NCBI GenBank assembly: GCA_031414595.1
Contig: JANNVX010000098.1
Span: 1 to 64,000 of the forward strand
From: Deinococcales bacterium
GTDB lineage: Bacteria > Deinococcota > Deinococci > Deinococcales > JAAFIG01
Direction: 5' to 3'
DNA length: 64,000 nucleotides
The notes beneath the pieces were generated by a model. The model worked only from the letters and a program-made list of their open reading frames with translations, was not told the DNA's origin and ran no database searches. Positions 38,076 to 48,000 of this stretch are shown one piece after another (positions within the stretch are counted from its first letter, which is position 1; the number at the start of each line of letters is the position of its first letter). The translations under genes and the position numbers were made by a program.

Positions 38076-38453
38076 ATGATTGAATTCTTTGACCCACCAG
38101 AAACTGGCTCGAGCCGTCCTTTTAGTCGTGCCACTCGAGCCGCCGGGCTGGTGTTTGTCTCTGGTCAGGCAGCCCCTCATGACCTTGCCCTAGGCATTGA
38201 CCGTGGCGCAACTGCCACCGACGAAGTGCGTAACGCCCTAGAACTGCTTAAACAAATTCTCATCAAAGCTGGATCAAAACTCGAGCAAGTGGTGCAGGTC
38301 ACAATGCTGCTGACCAACCCAGATGATTACGAGGAGTGCAACCAAGAGTACGTCAAACATTTTCCTGCTGGTTTACCAGCCCGTCATACGGTTCGCTTTG
38401 GTGTGCCAACTCAGGCACGGGTTGCTTTTTCTTGTATTGCGGTTGCGGATTGA
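38076..38453 (+). CDS. RidA/YjgF family protein
   Basis: PFSRA...GLVFVSGQ, NQEY.KHF...LPAR and CIA. TATACT 6 nt before ATG 38076. Confidence 0.88.
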   Translation: MIEFFDPPETGSSRPFSRATRAAGLVFVSGQAAPHDLALGIDRGATATDEVRNALELLKQILIKAGSKLEQVVQVTMLLTNPDDYEECNQEYVKHFPAGLPARHTVRFGVPTQARVAFSCIAVAD

Positions 38454-38511
38454 GTACAGTTTTCTACCCTCCCAATTGTTATACTAAACTCCCAATCTTT
38501 GAGGTCTGCTG

Positions 38512-39342
38512 ATGAGTGTCTTACCGCGTTTGAATCGTTTACTGGCTGCCGATGGCAAGTGCTTTGATGTGGCGATTGACCACGGTTTTTTTGGTGAGCT
38601 TAGTTTTTTGCCCAGTATCGAAAATATGCAAAAAGCGGTGCAAACGGTGGTTGGGGCTGCGCCAGATGTGGTGCAACTGAGCCTTGGTCAAGCGCGGCAT
38701 TTACAGCATATCAAAGGCTCAAAAAAACCTGCGCTGGCACTGCGAACCGATGTGGCTAATGTCTACGGCTCGAGTTTGCCGAGTCTGCTTTTTTCGGAAA
38801 TTATCGAATCGCCACTCGAGCAGGCGCTGCGTTTAGATGCAGCCTGTATTGTGGTGAATTTGTTGATGCTGCCAAATCAACCCGAGTTGCACCGTGCCTG
38901 TATCAAAAATATTTTGCGCTTAAAACCAGAAGCCGAACGTTTTGGAATGCCTCTGATGATTGAACCGCTTGTGATGCAGGACAACAGCTTAAAAGGTGGC
39001 TACATGGTGGATGGAACACTCGAGAAGATTCTGCCACTGGTGCGTCAGGCAGTTGAGCTTGGGGCGGACATCATCAAAGCCGACCCCTGCGATAACATCC
39101 TCGAGTATCATAAAGTGATTGAAATGGCTGGCGGGATTCCGGTCTTGGTGCGTGGTGGTGGAAAAGTCCCCGATACAGTCATTCTCGAGCGAACTTACGG
39201 GCTAATACAGCAAGGCGCTTCGGGGATTGTGTACGGGCGCAATGTGATTCAGCACCTAAATCCTGCGGGAATTACACGGGCGTTAATGGCTGTGGTGCAT
39301 GATGGGGCAACACCGAGCATGGCTTTGGAGATGATGGTGTGA
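38512..39342 (+). CDS. Class I aldolase (DhnA/LsrF family)
   Basis: VAIDHG, GMPLMIEP, AVELGADIIKA, PVLVRGG and GIVYGRNV. Confidence 0.88.
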   Translation: MSVLPRLNRLLAADGKCFDVAIDHGFFGELSFLPSIENMQKAVQTVVGAAPDVVQLSLGQARHLQHIKGSKKPALALRTDVANVYGSSLPSLLFSEIIESPLEQALRLDAACIVVNLLMLPNQPELHRACIKNILRLKPEAERFGMPLMIEPLVMQDNSLKGGYMVDGTLEKILPLVRQAVELGADIIKADPCDNILEYHKVIEMAGGIPVLVRGGGKVPDTVILERTYGLIQQGASGIVYGRNVIQHLNPAGITRALMAVVHDGATPSMALEMMV

Positions 39343-40469
39343 AAACCCTGCGTTTTGGAATTATCGGTTGTGGCTTAATGGGGCGCGAATTTGCTACGGC
39401 GGCGGCTCGTTGGGCGCATCTGCTAAATATGAAGGTTAAACCCGAAATCGTGGCGGTCTGCGACTCAAACCCAAACTTGATGGACTGGTTTAGTGATCAT
39501 TTTTCTGGTGTACAGCAAGTCAGCACCGACTACAAGGATTTACTCGAGAATCCAAATATAGATGCGATTTATTGTGCTGTGCCGCATAATCTGCACGGTG
39601 CGTTGTACCAGCAGATTATTAAAAGTGGTAAGCATTTATTAGGCGAAAAACCTTTTGGGATTGACCAAGCTGACAACACCGCGATTCTTGAAGCCATGCA
39701 AGCCAATCCAGATGTTTTGGTGCGTTGCTCGAGTGAGTTTGTGTTTTATCCAGCCGTACAAAAAATTGTTCAGTTGGCACAAGAAAACCGCTTTGGGCGG
39801 ATTCTCGAGGTCGAAGCTGGTTTTTGGCACAGTTCAGACCTTGACCCAAACAAAGCCATCAATTGGAAACGCATGGTTGCGATCAACGGCGAGTATGGTG
39901 TGATGGGCGACCTTGGTTTTCATGTGCTGCACCTTCCGGCGCGGCTTGGTTGGATTCCCAAAGATGTTCGAGCGGTTCTAAGTAACATCATCACCACGCG
40001 CCCAGACGCAAAAGGCAATACTGTACCCTGCGAGACTTGGGACAACGCCCATTTACTAACTCGAGTCGAAATGCCAGATTACGAATTTCCAATGCAGTTA
40101 AGCATGAAACGGATTGCGCCGGGTGAAACCAACACTTGGTTTATTCGGGTCATGGGAACAAATTTAAGTGCTGAATTTAGCACCAAACACCCAAAGACAC
40201 TGCGTACCTTACCGTATTCGACTGGTCAGGCTCAGGCTTGGCACGAACTCGATTTGGGTTACGAGGGTGCGTACCCGACAATCACTGGGCATATTTTTGA
40301 ATTTGGTTTTACCGACTCAATTTTACAAATGTGGGCGGCTTTTTGCGACGAAGCCATTGGGCAGACACCGCGTTTTCAGTGTGCTACACCCGAAGAAACC
40401 GCGCTCAGTCACCGGTTGTTCACGGCGGCGATTAAAAGCCAAAACACTGGGCAAACGGTTTTTTTATGA
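39339..40469 (+). CDS. Gfo/Idh/MocA family oxidoreductase
   Basis: FGIIGCGLMG, DAIYCAVPHNLH, GKHLLGEKP and GVMGDLGFH. Confidence 0.9.
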   Translation: MKTLRFGIIGCGLMGREFATAAARWAHLLNMKVKPEIVAVCDSNPNLMDWFSDHFSGVQQVSTDYKDLLENPNIDAIYCAVPHNLHGALYQQIIKSGKHLLGEKPFGIDQADNTAILEAMQANPDVLVRCSSEFVFYPAVQKIVQLAQENRFGRILEVEAGFWHSSDLDPNKAINWKRMVAINGEYGVMGDLGFHVLHLPARLGWIPKDVRAVLSNIITTRPDAKGNTVPCETWDNAHLLTRVEMPDYEFPMQLSMKRIAPGETNTWFIRVMGTNLSAEFSTKHPKTLRTLPYSTGQAQAWHELDLGYEGAYPTITGHIFEFGFTDSILQMWAAFCDEAIGQTPRFQCATPEETALSHRLFTAAIKSQNTGQTVFL

Positions 40470-41443
40470 TTCAAGTTATCAGCATGGGTATTGTGGTCGC
40501 CGATTGTGTGGCGCAACCCGTGGTACGTCCACCACAAGCGGGGCGGCTCGAGTTGGTACAAAACATTGGGCTGTTTTCGGGTGGTTCTGCCGCCAGCACA
40601 GGCTACAGTCTGGCTCGTTTTGGGATTCAGGCAGCGGTGATTGGCAGAGTTGGCAACGATGGTTTTGCCGATTTTTTGTTAAATGAAGCCAAGCGCCACG
40701 GCGCAGATTCAAGCGGCATGATTCGGGACAAGACCAGTGCAACCTCGGCAACTTTAGTGACCGTAGATTCCGAGGGCGAGCGTACTTTCCTGCATTCAAT
40801 CGGTGCAAATGCCAATCTAAGTGCTTTGGATGTGCCTCTCGAGAACCTAAAAAATCAAGGCGCAAGGCTTTTGCATCTGGCGGGTTTTTTTGCGCTTCCC
40901 AGTTTAGAAGGAACAGATGGCACTCCAACCCAAGAGCTATTTGCTCGAGCCACCGCATTAGGGTACATCACCTCATTAGATTGTGTTTGGGATGCCACAG
41001 GGCGTTGGCGACAACTGATGGCTAAAGTGCTGCCGCAAACCGATATTTTCTGCCCCAGTATTGACGAAGCCCGTGCAATTGTGGGCTTAGCTCAAAATAC
41101 CTCGCCGCTAGAAGTTGCCCAAGGTCTGTTTGAGCTTGGGGTGCGCCGCGTGGTGTCCTTAAAAATGGGTCAACAAGGCTCATTTATTTTAACTCGAGAT
41201 GGTCAAGCAGACCTGATTCCAATTGTTCCAACCACTGTTTTGGACGGTACTGGCTCTGGGGATGCGTTTATCGCTGGGTTTTTAGCCGCCTACTTACGCG
41301 GCGAGGACTGGCTGACTTGTGGGCGCATCGGCAATGTGGCAGGGGCAATGTGTGTGCGTGGCGTGGGAGCAATGACGGGTATGGGCGACTGGCAAGAAGC
41401 CCTCGAGATGGCAAGGTATTTTCAGACCAGTAACACGAGATAA
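40466..41443 (+). CDS. PfkB family carbohydrate kinase
   Basis: GGSAA, IGRVGNDGF, LKMGQQG and DGTGSGDAFIAG. Confidence 0.9.
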   Translation: MIQVISMGIVVADCVAQPVVRPPQAGRLELVQNIGLFSGGSAASTGYSLARFGIQAAVIGRVGNDGFADFLLNEAKRHGADSSGMIRDKTSATSATLVTVDSEGERTFLHSIGANANLSALDVPLENLKNQGARLLHLAGFFALPSLEGTDGTPTQELFARATALGYITSLDCVWDATGRWRQLMAKVLPQTDIFCPSIDEARAIVGLAQNTSPLEVAQGLFELGVRRVVSLKMGQQGSFILTRDGQADLIPIVPTTVLDGTGSGDAFIAGFLAAYLRGEDWLTCGRIGNVAGAMCVRGVGAMTGMGDWQEALEMARYFQTSNTR

Positions 41444-41464
41444 ATTGTAACCAGTATGTCAGGC

Positions 41465-41809
41465 TCATGCTTTGACCTTCTTTTTGACTTGGCGATTGGC
41501 GGCAGCCACTGCGCCCATGATCCAAGGCTGTAGTGCCTCCCAATCCTCGAGGATGTCTTCTGGGGCGCGGTAATAACTCATGCTAATACTTTTGTGAGCG
41601 GTTTGGTAAGTGAACGGCTCGAGGTTGGCGTTTTTGAACATACCAATGTTTTCGGTGTCGGTTTTTAAGTACAGCACATCCTCGGCAATTAAACCAATCA
41701 TGCGGTCTTGGGTGTACACCCCCCAACCGCCGAACATGCTTTTGCAACGCGCTTTGATTGGGGTTAGGGTTTCTTCGATGAATTGCACAAAAGCGGGTTT
41801 GGTTTTCAT
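41465..41809 (-). CDS. TfoX/Sxy N-terminal domain protein
   Basis: KSMFGGWGVY...IGLIAEDVLYLK, PFTY and MSYY..P. Confidence 0.85.
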   Translation of the reverse strand: MKTKPAFVQFIEETLTPIKARCKSMFGGWGVYTQDRMIGLIAEDVLYLKTDTENIGMFKNANLEPFTYQTAHKSISMSYYRAPEDILEDWEALQPWIMGAVAAANRQVKKKVKA

Positions 41810-42165
41810 GTTAGCCCAGCTTCTTTGAATTTCTCAAAACCCTTGGCAGTTAAGTTCTCGAGTTCGGCTTGTACATCTGGCTCAGGTTTTTTGAAGTTAA
41901 AGCAGGATTTTCCCTGCATTCGTTTTTTTAGGGCTTCTGAGATGCCCTCGAGTAATTCTGGGTAAACATAAACCGCCATCAGGTGATACGAAACATAATT
42001 TTTTTTGATTTGTACACTGCCAAAGAAACTTTGGTAGCCATCTTTTCGGGTTTGATGAAAATTGAGGTAATAGTATTCGGGTTGGTCATGAATCAAGACC
42101 AGTTCAGCTTGGTACTTTTGCAAAATTGTTTTGAGGCTTTGGAAAACACTTTGAAAATCGTCCAT
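41806..42165 (-). CDS. DUF1801-like small protein
   Basis: FFGSVQIKKNYVSYHLM.VY..P...L.KRMQGKSCFNFKK. Confidence 0.65.
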   Translation of the reverse strand: MDDFQSVFQSLKTILQKYQAELVLIHDQPEYYYLNFHQTRKDGYQSFFGSVQIKKNYVSYHLMAVYVYPELLEGISEALKKRMQGKSCFNFKKPEPDVQAELENLTAKGFEKFKEAGLT

Positions 42166-42333
42166 GTTGCTCCTTATTGGTTGGGTTTTGAGGATGAAGA
42201 ACTCCGTTTTGATGGTTAAATTTTATTCCTAATTACGTTAAAAAACAAGTCTATATTAAAAGTTTTGATATGGGCATGGTTATATAAATACAAAAAATGC
42301 GTTCAGGATACATTTTTGCACTATAGTGGAGTC

Positions 42334-42367
42334 GTCTAACGCTTGTGTGACGCTAATCGTATATGCT
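42334..42367 (+). promoter_or_regulatory. Direct repeats at 11-bp spacing (GTCTAACGC/GTGTGACGC) plus -10 box TATGCT
   Basis: Repeats at 42334 and 42345; TATGCT at 42362. Same geometry as upstream of the paralog. Confidence 0.65.
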
Positions 42368-42434
42368 TTGAGTGATTCAAGTTACACTTCGAGTTTTTTT
42401 GCACTTAACCCTATGTTCAATAAGGAGCATCAGC

Positions 42435-44810
42435 ATGAAATTTCCATTTGTACTCATTCCATTACTCGCCATCACTTTGGTTGCCTGTCCGCTAACTATC
42501 GGTGATTTACCTGCTACACCCTCAAATTTTGTGGTCTCGAGTGGCACGGCTACAGGACTAAACTTATCGTGGAATTTGGTTTCTGGGGCAACCAGTTATG
42601 TCTTAGAGCGCGGTATTGCGGCGGGTGCTAAAACCCAGATTGCCACGCCAAATGCCACAACCAACACCTATGCCGATACTGGTTTAACCACTGGTACAAC
42701 CTATAGTTATGCCTTAAAAGCCGTCAATGCCAAAGGCTCGAGTCCAACCCCTGCGTTGGTGTCGGGTACGCCGCTTGGGGCGGGTACTGACCCAGACAGT
42801 GATGGTGTCTCGAGTACCGATGAATTGGCAGGTTGGGATGTGAAAATTTCTCAGGGTGGGGTGCAGCTCTCGACCCGTAAAGTCACCTCGAACCCTAGTA
42901 AGTCCGATACTGACGATGATGGCTTAAGCGACAATCAAGAACGCACCCGTTTCCTTGATCCAAAATCAGACGATACCGATGCAGACGGCTTAAAAGATGC
43001 TGATGAAGTCAACACTTGGGTCAGCAATGCCGCCGATGTAGACACGGATAAAGACTCCGAAGGCAATTCTGGACTGTTTGATGGCAATGAGCTTGCCACT
43101 TACGGCACTTCGCCAGTCTTGGCAGACACTGATGGTGATGGACTGAGCGACCACCAAGAAACGATTGTTTTGGCTTCTAAGCCATTGATTGCCAATACCC
43201 CACGTTTTGAATTGTCTTTTGCTTCTGCCCCAAGCATCAGCTTAAACATCGTTAATACCGCGACTCAAACTGTGGAAGCCACCAAATCCTCGAGTTTAAG
43301 TCTTGGTACAAGCTCGAGTAACAGCAGCACCGACACCAACACCGAACGTTTTAGTGCCGAGATTAGTGCCACAGTTGGGATCGAAGCCGAAGCCAGCTTA
43401 ACAGGAGGTGTGACCGCTTCTGCCAGCGTGACTGCTACGGCGGGTTATGGCACCGAAAATACCAAGAGTTTTACATCTGAATCCAGCCAAAATACCCAAA
43501 AAACCTCCGAGGAAGCCCAAACCTTGGGTTCTGCCACAGGCAAGCAGATTTCTGGGGCAAAAATGACGGTTGGTTTTAAGGTTTCTAACACAGGTAAAGC
43601 TGGATTTAAGTTGTCTGGCTTGAATATCTCGGTGCTGCGCCGTGATACCGAAAACCCAACCAAATTTATTTTAGTTGGCAACATGACCACCTTGGCAAAC
43701 CTGACTTTGGGAGTCAATGAAACTTCTGGTACATTAGCTGCGACTTACGATTTTACCAATTCTGATGATGCGATTGCGGTCATGCGAAACCCCGCCAATC
43801 TGCGTTTTGAACTGGCTGGCTACGATATTTTAGATGCTGATAACCGCAGCTTTAAGTTCCAGAACGACACCACCAACGGACAAACTGCTTATGTGGTGAT
43901 TGATTATGGCAACGGCAACACCGTCCGCCAGCGCGTAGCCACCAATGTTGAACGGGTCAACGGAAAAATTGTTGGTATTAAACTTGGCAAAGCCTTAAAA
44001 GACACCCTTGGTTTGACCTATACCACCTTGACCGACTCCAAGACCAACTTAAAAGTAATCAGTGGTATTAAAGAAGAAAAAACAGGTACGGTTGTGACCA
44101 GTAAAACAGTCGCCGACCCTAAGTCGGTCTGGGTCACAGTTGGATCAAATGACTTAAATATGAATGGGGTCAATGTAGACGATATTCTGATTAAAGCAGG
44201 TTCTGAAGTGCGTTTTATGCTGATTCGAGATGCAGATTCAGATGGTTTACTCGAGAGCGAAGAGTATTACTTAGGAACATCAGACACCGTAAAAGACTCC
44301 GATGCAGATGGCATAGATGACTTTAGCGAAGTGCGAATTGGTTGGTTTATTACGGTTAAAGGTGTCTCGAGACAAGTCTTCCCGAACCCCAAAGCCGTAG
44401 ACAGTGACGGCGACAAATTAACCGACAGCCAAGAAAAGACCAAAGGTACAAACCCGCTCAACCCAGATACCGATGGTGACAACATCACCGATGATTTGGA
44501 CACCGACTCAACTACGCCAGCTACAGCCCCAGTCATCAAGTCATTTGGTGCGGGGGTAATCAATATTCAAGCAAGGTTGGTTATCGCAGTTGCCAATATC
44601 ACCAACCCAAACCTAAAGAACACCGTCATTAACTGGGGTGATAGCAGTGCCAACACCGTCTTAACAGGCAATGCAGCCCTGGCTGTTCAAGTCACCCACA
44701 CTTACCCCCAAGGCGGTGTAGCCTACCAAATTACCATCACCACGTCGGATATTGGTACACCAGCAAAAACAGCTACTGCCAGCGCAATCGTTGGTATTCC
44801 ACTATTCTAG
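42435..44810 (+). CDS. Lipoprotein with FN3, Ca-binding DxDxDG repeats, protective-antigen/binary-toxin-B-like core and PKD-like C-terminus
   Basis: TAAGGAG SD; lipobox LVAC; FN3 (LSWN...YVLER...YADTGL...YSY); D.D.DG repeats; PLIANTP; Ser/Thr-rich alternating hairpin; KVSNTG; TAYVVIDYG...RQRVA; INWGD. Confidence 0.72.
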   Translation: MKFPFVLIPLLAITLVACPLTIGDLPATPSNFVVSSGTATGLNLSWNLVSGATSYVLERGIAAGAKTQIATPNATTNTYADTGLTTGTTYSYALKAVNAKGSSPTPALVSGTPLGAGTDPDSDGVSSTDELAGWDVKISQGGVQLSTRKVTSNPSKSDTDDDGLSDNQERTRFLDPKSDDTDADGLKDADEVNTWVSNAADVDTDKDSEGNSGLFDGNELATYGTSPVLADTDGDGLSDHQETIVLASKPLIANTPRFELSFASAPSISLNIVNTATQTVEATKSSSLSLGTSSSNSSTDTNTERFSAEISATVGIEAEASLTGGVTASASVTATAGYGTENTKSFTSESSQNTQKTSEEAQTLGSATGKQISGAKMTVGFKVSNTGKAGFKLSGLNISVLRRDTENPTKFILVGNMTTLANLTLGVNETSGTLAATYDFTNSDDAIAVMRNPANLRFELAGYDILDADNRSFKFQNDTTNGQTAYVVIDYGNGNTVRQRVATNVERVNGKIVGIKLGKALKDTLGLTYTTLTDSKTNLKVISGIKEEKTGTVVTSKTVADPKSVWVTVGSNDLNMNGVNVDDILIKAGSEVRFMLIRDADSDGLLESEEYYLGTSDTVKDSDADGIDDFSEVRIGWFITVKGVSRQVFPNPKAVDSDGDKLTDSQEKTKGTNPLNPDTDGDNITDDLDTDSTTPATAPVIKSFGAGVINIQARLVIAVANITNPNLKNTVINWGDSSANTVLTGNAALAVQVTHTYPQGGVAYQITITTSDIGTPAKTATASAIVGIPLF

Positions 44811-44828
44811 GCTGCTTTTTCCACAGAC

Positions 44829-44867
44829 AAAACACCCTGCACTGTTCTCGAGTGCAGGGTGTTTTTT
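44829..44867 (+). terminator. Intrinsic terminator with CTCGAG at the loop
   Basis: AAAACACCCTGCACT-gttctcg-AGTGCAGGGTGTTTT plus T-run. Confidence 0.85.
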
Positions 44868-44914
44868 ATTGGCTTGGCGCGTCTTAAAAATATGTGTTAG
44901 GCAACCATTATGCC

Positions 44915-44972
44915 GTGTGACGCACCCGTGTGACGCTTGTCTAACTCTGGTGTGACGCTCGTCAGGTAATCT
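44915..44972 (+). promoter_or_regulatory. GTGTGACGC direct repeats plus -10 box TAATCT
   Basis: Repeats at 44915, 44928, 44939 (GTCTAACTC) and 44950; TAATCT at 44967. Confidence 0.65.
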
Positions 44973-45026
44973 ACAAGCGTATCAATTATTTTTTCGGCAA
45001 ACGCCCTATAGTTAAGGAGAATCAGC

Positions 45027-48000
45027 ATGAAAAGTCTATTTAAGTTTCAGTTCTTACTCTTTCCGTTGTTGGCAGCCACTTTGGTCGCTTGCCCGCCTCC
45101 ACCCGTTGTTGGCGATTTGCCTGCTACACCCACCAACTTTGCAGTCTCGAGTACCACCGCCACCAGCATTAGTTTGGCATGGACAGCCGTCACTGGGGCA
45201 ACCAGTTATGTCTTAGAGCGCGGTATTGCGGCTGGTGCAAAAGCCCAGATTGCCACGCCAAGTGGCAGCACCTACACCGACTCTGGTTTGACCACTGGCA
45301 CAAATTATAGTTATGCCTTAAAAGCCGTCAATGCCAAAGGACCCAGTGCCACAGCCGCTTTGGTGTCTGGTGTGCCACTTGCACCGGGCGCAGACCCAGA
45401 TGGCGATGGGGTCTCGAGTGCCGACGAGTTGGCTGGTTGGGATGTGGTGATTTCAAGGGGTGGCACACAGCTTTCTACCCGTAAAGTCACTTCTGACCCG
45501 AGCAAAGCCGATACCGATAGCGATGGTCTGACTGACGGACAAGAACGCAGCCGATTTATAGACCCGAACACCGATGATACAGATGCTGACTTACTTAAAG
45601 ATGCCGATGAAGTGAACATTTGGGTCAGTAATCCAGCCGATGTGGATACCGATAATGACTCCACAGGTAATTCTGGATTGTTTGATGGGAACGAATTAGC
45701 CACCTATAAAACCTCACCGACTTTAGCTGACACAGACGGCGACTTTTTTAATGACTTTCAAGAAGCCATTACACTGGGTAATGAATTTAAGCCCTTGATT
45801 GCCAATACCCCACGTTTTGAACTTGAATTTGCTTCCGCCCCAAGCATCAGCTTAAATATCGTTACAACCGACGGTAGCGAAGCTGCGAAAACCAGATCTT
45901 CAAGCCTTGCACTTGGTACAACTAGCAGCAAAAGCAGCACCGACACCAATACCGAACGCTTTAGTGCAGAAGTCAGTGTGACTGTAGGTGTTGAAGCCAA
46001 AGCTGGTTTGGATGGAGGGGTGACCGCCTCCTCAAGTGTGACAGCCACCGCAGGGTACGGAACAGAAAATACCAAGAGTTTCACCAGCGAATCTGGTCGT
46101 TCAACCCAACAAACTGCCGAAGAAGCTCGCACTTTAAGTACAACCCAAGGGAAGCAAATCGGTGGTGGAACAATGACCGTTGGTTTTAAGGTCAAGAACA
46201 CAGGCGATATTACCTTTACCCTGACTAATCTGGCGATTTCGGTTTTGCGTCGTGACCCCAACGATTCAACCAAATACAAATTTGTTGGTTCAATGACCCC
46301 AAACTTGGGTTCTGGCACGCCTCCAAGCCTGACTTTAGGCAAAGGTGTGACTTCCGGTGCATTAGGCGCAACCCTATCTTTTACCGATGCCAGCGAATTA
46401 CTCGAGATTATGCGAAACCCAGCCGATTTGCGTTTTGAATTGGCAGGCTATGACTTAAAAGACGGCAACGACAAGAACTTTGCTTTCCAAAACGATTTTA
46501 CCAACGGGCAAACGGCTCAAATTGTGGTGGATTACGGCAATGGCAATGTCGTGCGTCAGCGCGTGGCAACCAATGTTGAACGGGTGGCTGGAACAATCGT
46601 TGGTGTGAAACTCGGTAAAGCCCTGAACGACATTCTGGGTTTACCCTTCACCACAATTGCCGATTCTGTAACAGGTTTTAAGGTCATTAACGGTATTACT
46701 GATAAAAAAGCAGGTCAGATGATTAGCTCCAAAACTGTGGCTGATCCTAAATCGCTTTGGGTTGTGATTGGCTCGAATGGCTTAGCCATGACTGGAGTCA
46801 ATGTAGACGATATTCTGGTTAAATCTGGAACAGAAGTTCGTTTAATGCTGGCAAGGGATGTTGATGGTGATAAGTTACTCGAGAACGAAGAGTATTTCTA
46901 TGAAACCTCGGATTCAAATCCAGATAGCGATGGCGACACGATTACTGATTTTGATGAAGTACGCACGGGTTGGAATGTCCAAGTGATTGGTAAGCCGGTC
47001 AAGAAAGTTTATGCCAATCCAAAAGCAGTGGATTCTGACACGGATAGCCTGACAGATTTACAAGAAAAAACCGCAGGCACAAATCCGCTCCTCAATGACA
47101 CTGACTCCGATGGTACATTGGATGCAGCCGATACAGACCCGCTCAATCCAGCGACTAATCCAATCATCACTGGTTTTGATGTGACTGTAGCTGGTAAAAC
47201 CGCCACACTGGTTGCCACGGTTGCCAATCCAAGCCTGAAAGATTCAGTCATTAACTGGGGTGACGGCACTGCTAACACCGTTTTAACAGGTAATCCAGCC
47301 AAAACCATTAGTGTGCAACATGTCTATGCCACAAGCGGTTTGTTTACTGTTACCCTAACTGCTTCAGACTCGAGCGCTCCAACGCCAAAAACAACAACAG
47401 TGACTAAGAATCTTGATATTAAAGACATTACCAGTAATTTACTGGCTTGGTTTAAGTTTAATGGTCCAACCAGCGGAACAACCATTAACGGTCCTGTTGT
47501 CAATACTGCCAACAGCAGTAGGAATGGCACAGCCGATGGCAGTGGTTGTGTCCTGACCGATACGGGAATTTTTAATCTGGTCAATACTGCCTACCGTTTT
47601 AACTTTAATGAGGGCGGCGCAGGATGCGGCAGTTCTCAGCATGGCAGTGTCACAGTACAAAACCTTGGTTTTTCCCAAGAATTTACCTTTAGTGCGTGGA
47701 TTAAACCCCAAGGCAACCTCGGAGATAACTGGATTATGGGTCAAGCTGATAACAACGGCAGTAATCCTTGGGCGCGTATGTTCATTGGTCAACTTGGCGA
47801 TCAAGCCAATAGTGGTACAGCCGTAGGCGTTAGTGGAAAAGTTTCTTTCTTACTACCACGTGCGAGCAACACCAGTATTCTAATCACTGACCCAACAACG
47901 ATTAGCCTAGATACTTGGTATCACTATGCGGTGACAGTATCAAAGTCTGGTGCAACAACCACAGTCAAACTGTACCGAAATGGTGGTCTGGTAAATACCG

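Noticed and set aside
41465-41809. TfoX gene as evidence for a competence regulon tied to CTCGAG uptake
   Set aside because: Stand-alone TfoX-N proteins are widespread and often unrelated to competence, and CTCGAG flanks show no extended uptake-sequence consensus by eye.
45311-47804. Several long minus-strand ORFs within the second PA-like gene
   Set aside because: Antisense shadows caused by Thr/Asp/Ser-rich codon usage; no recognisable motifs.
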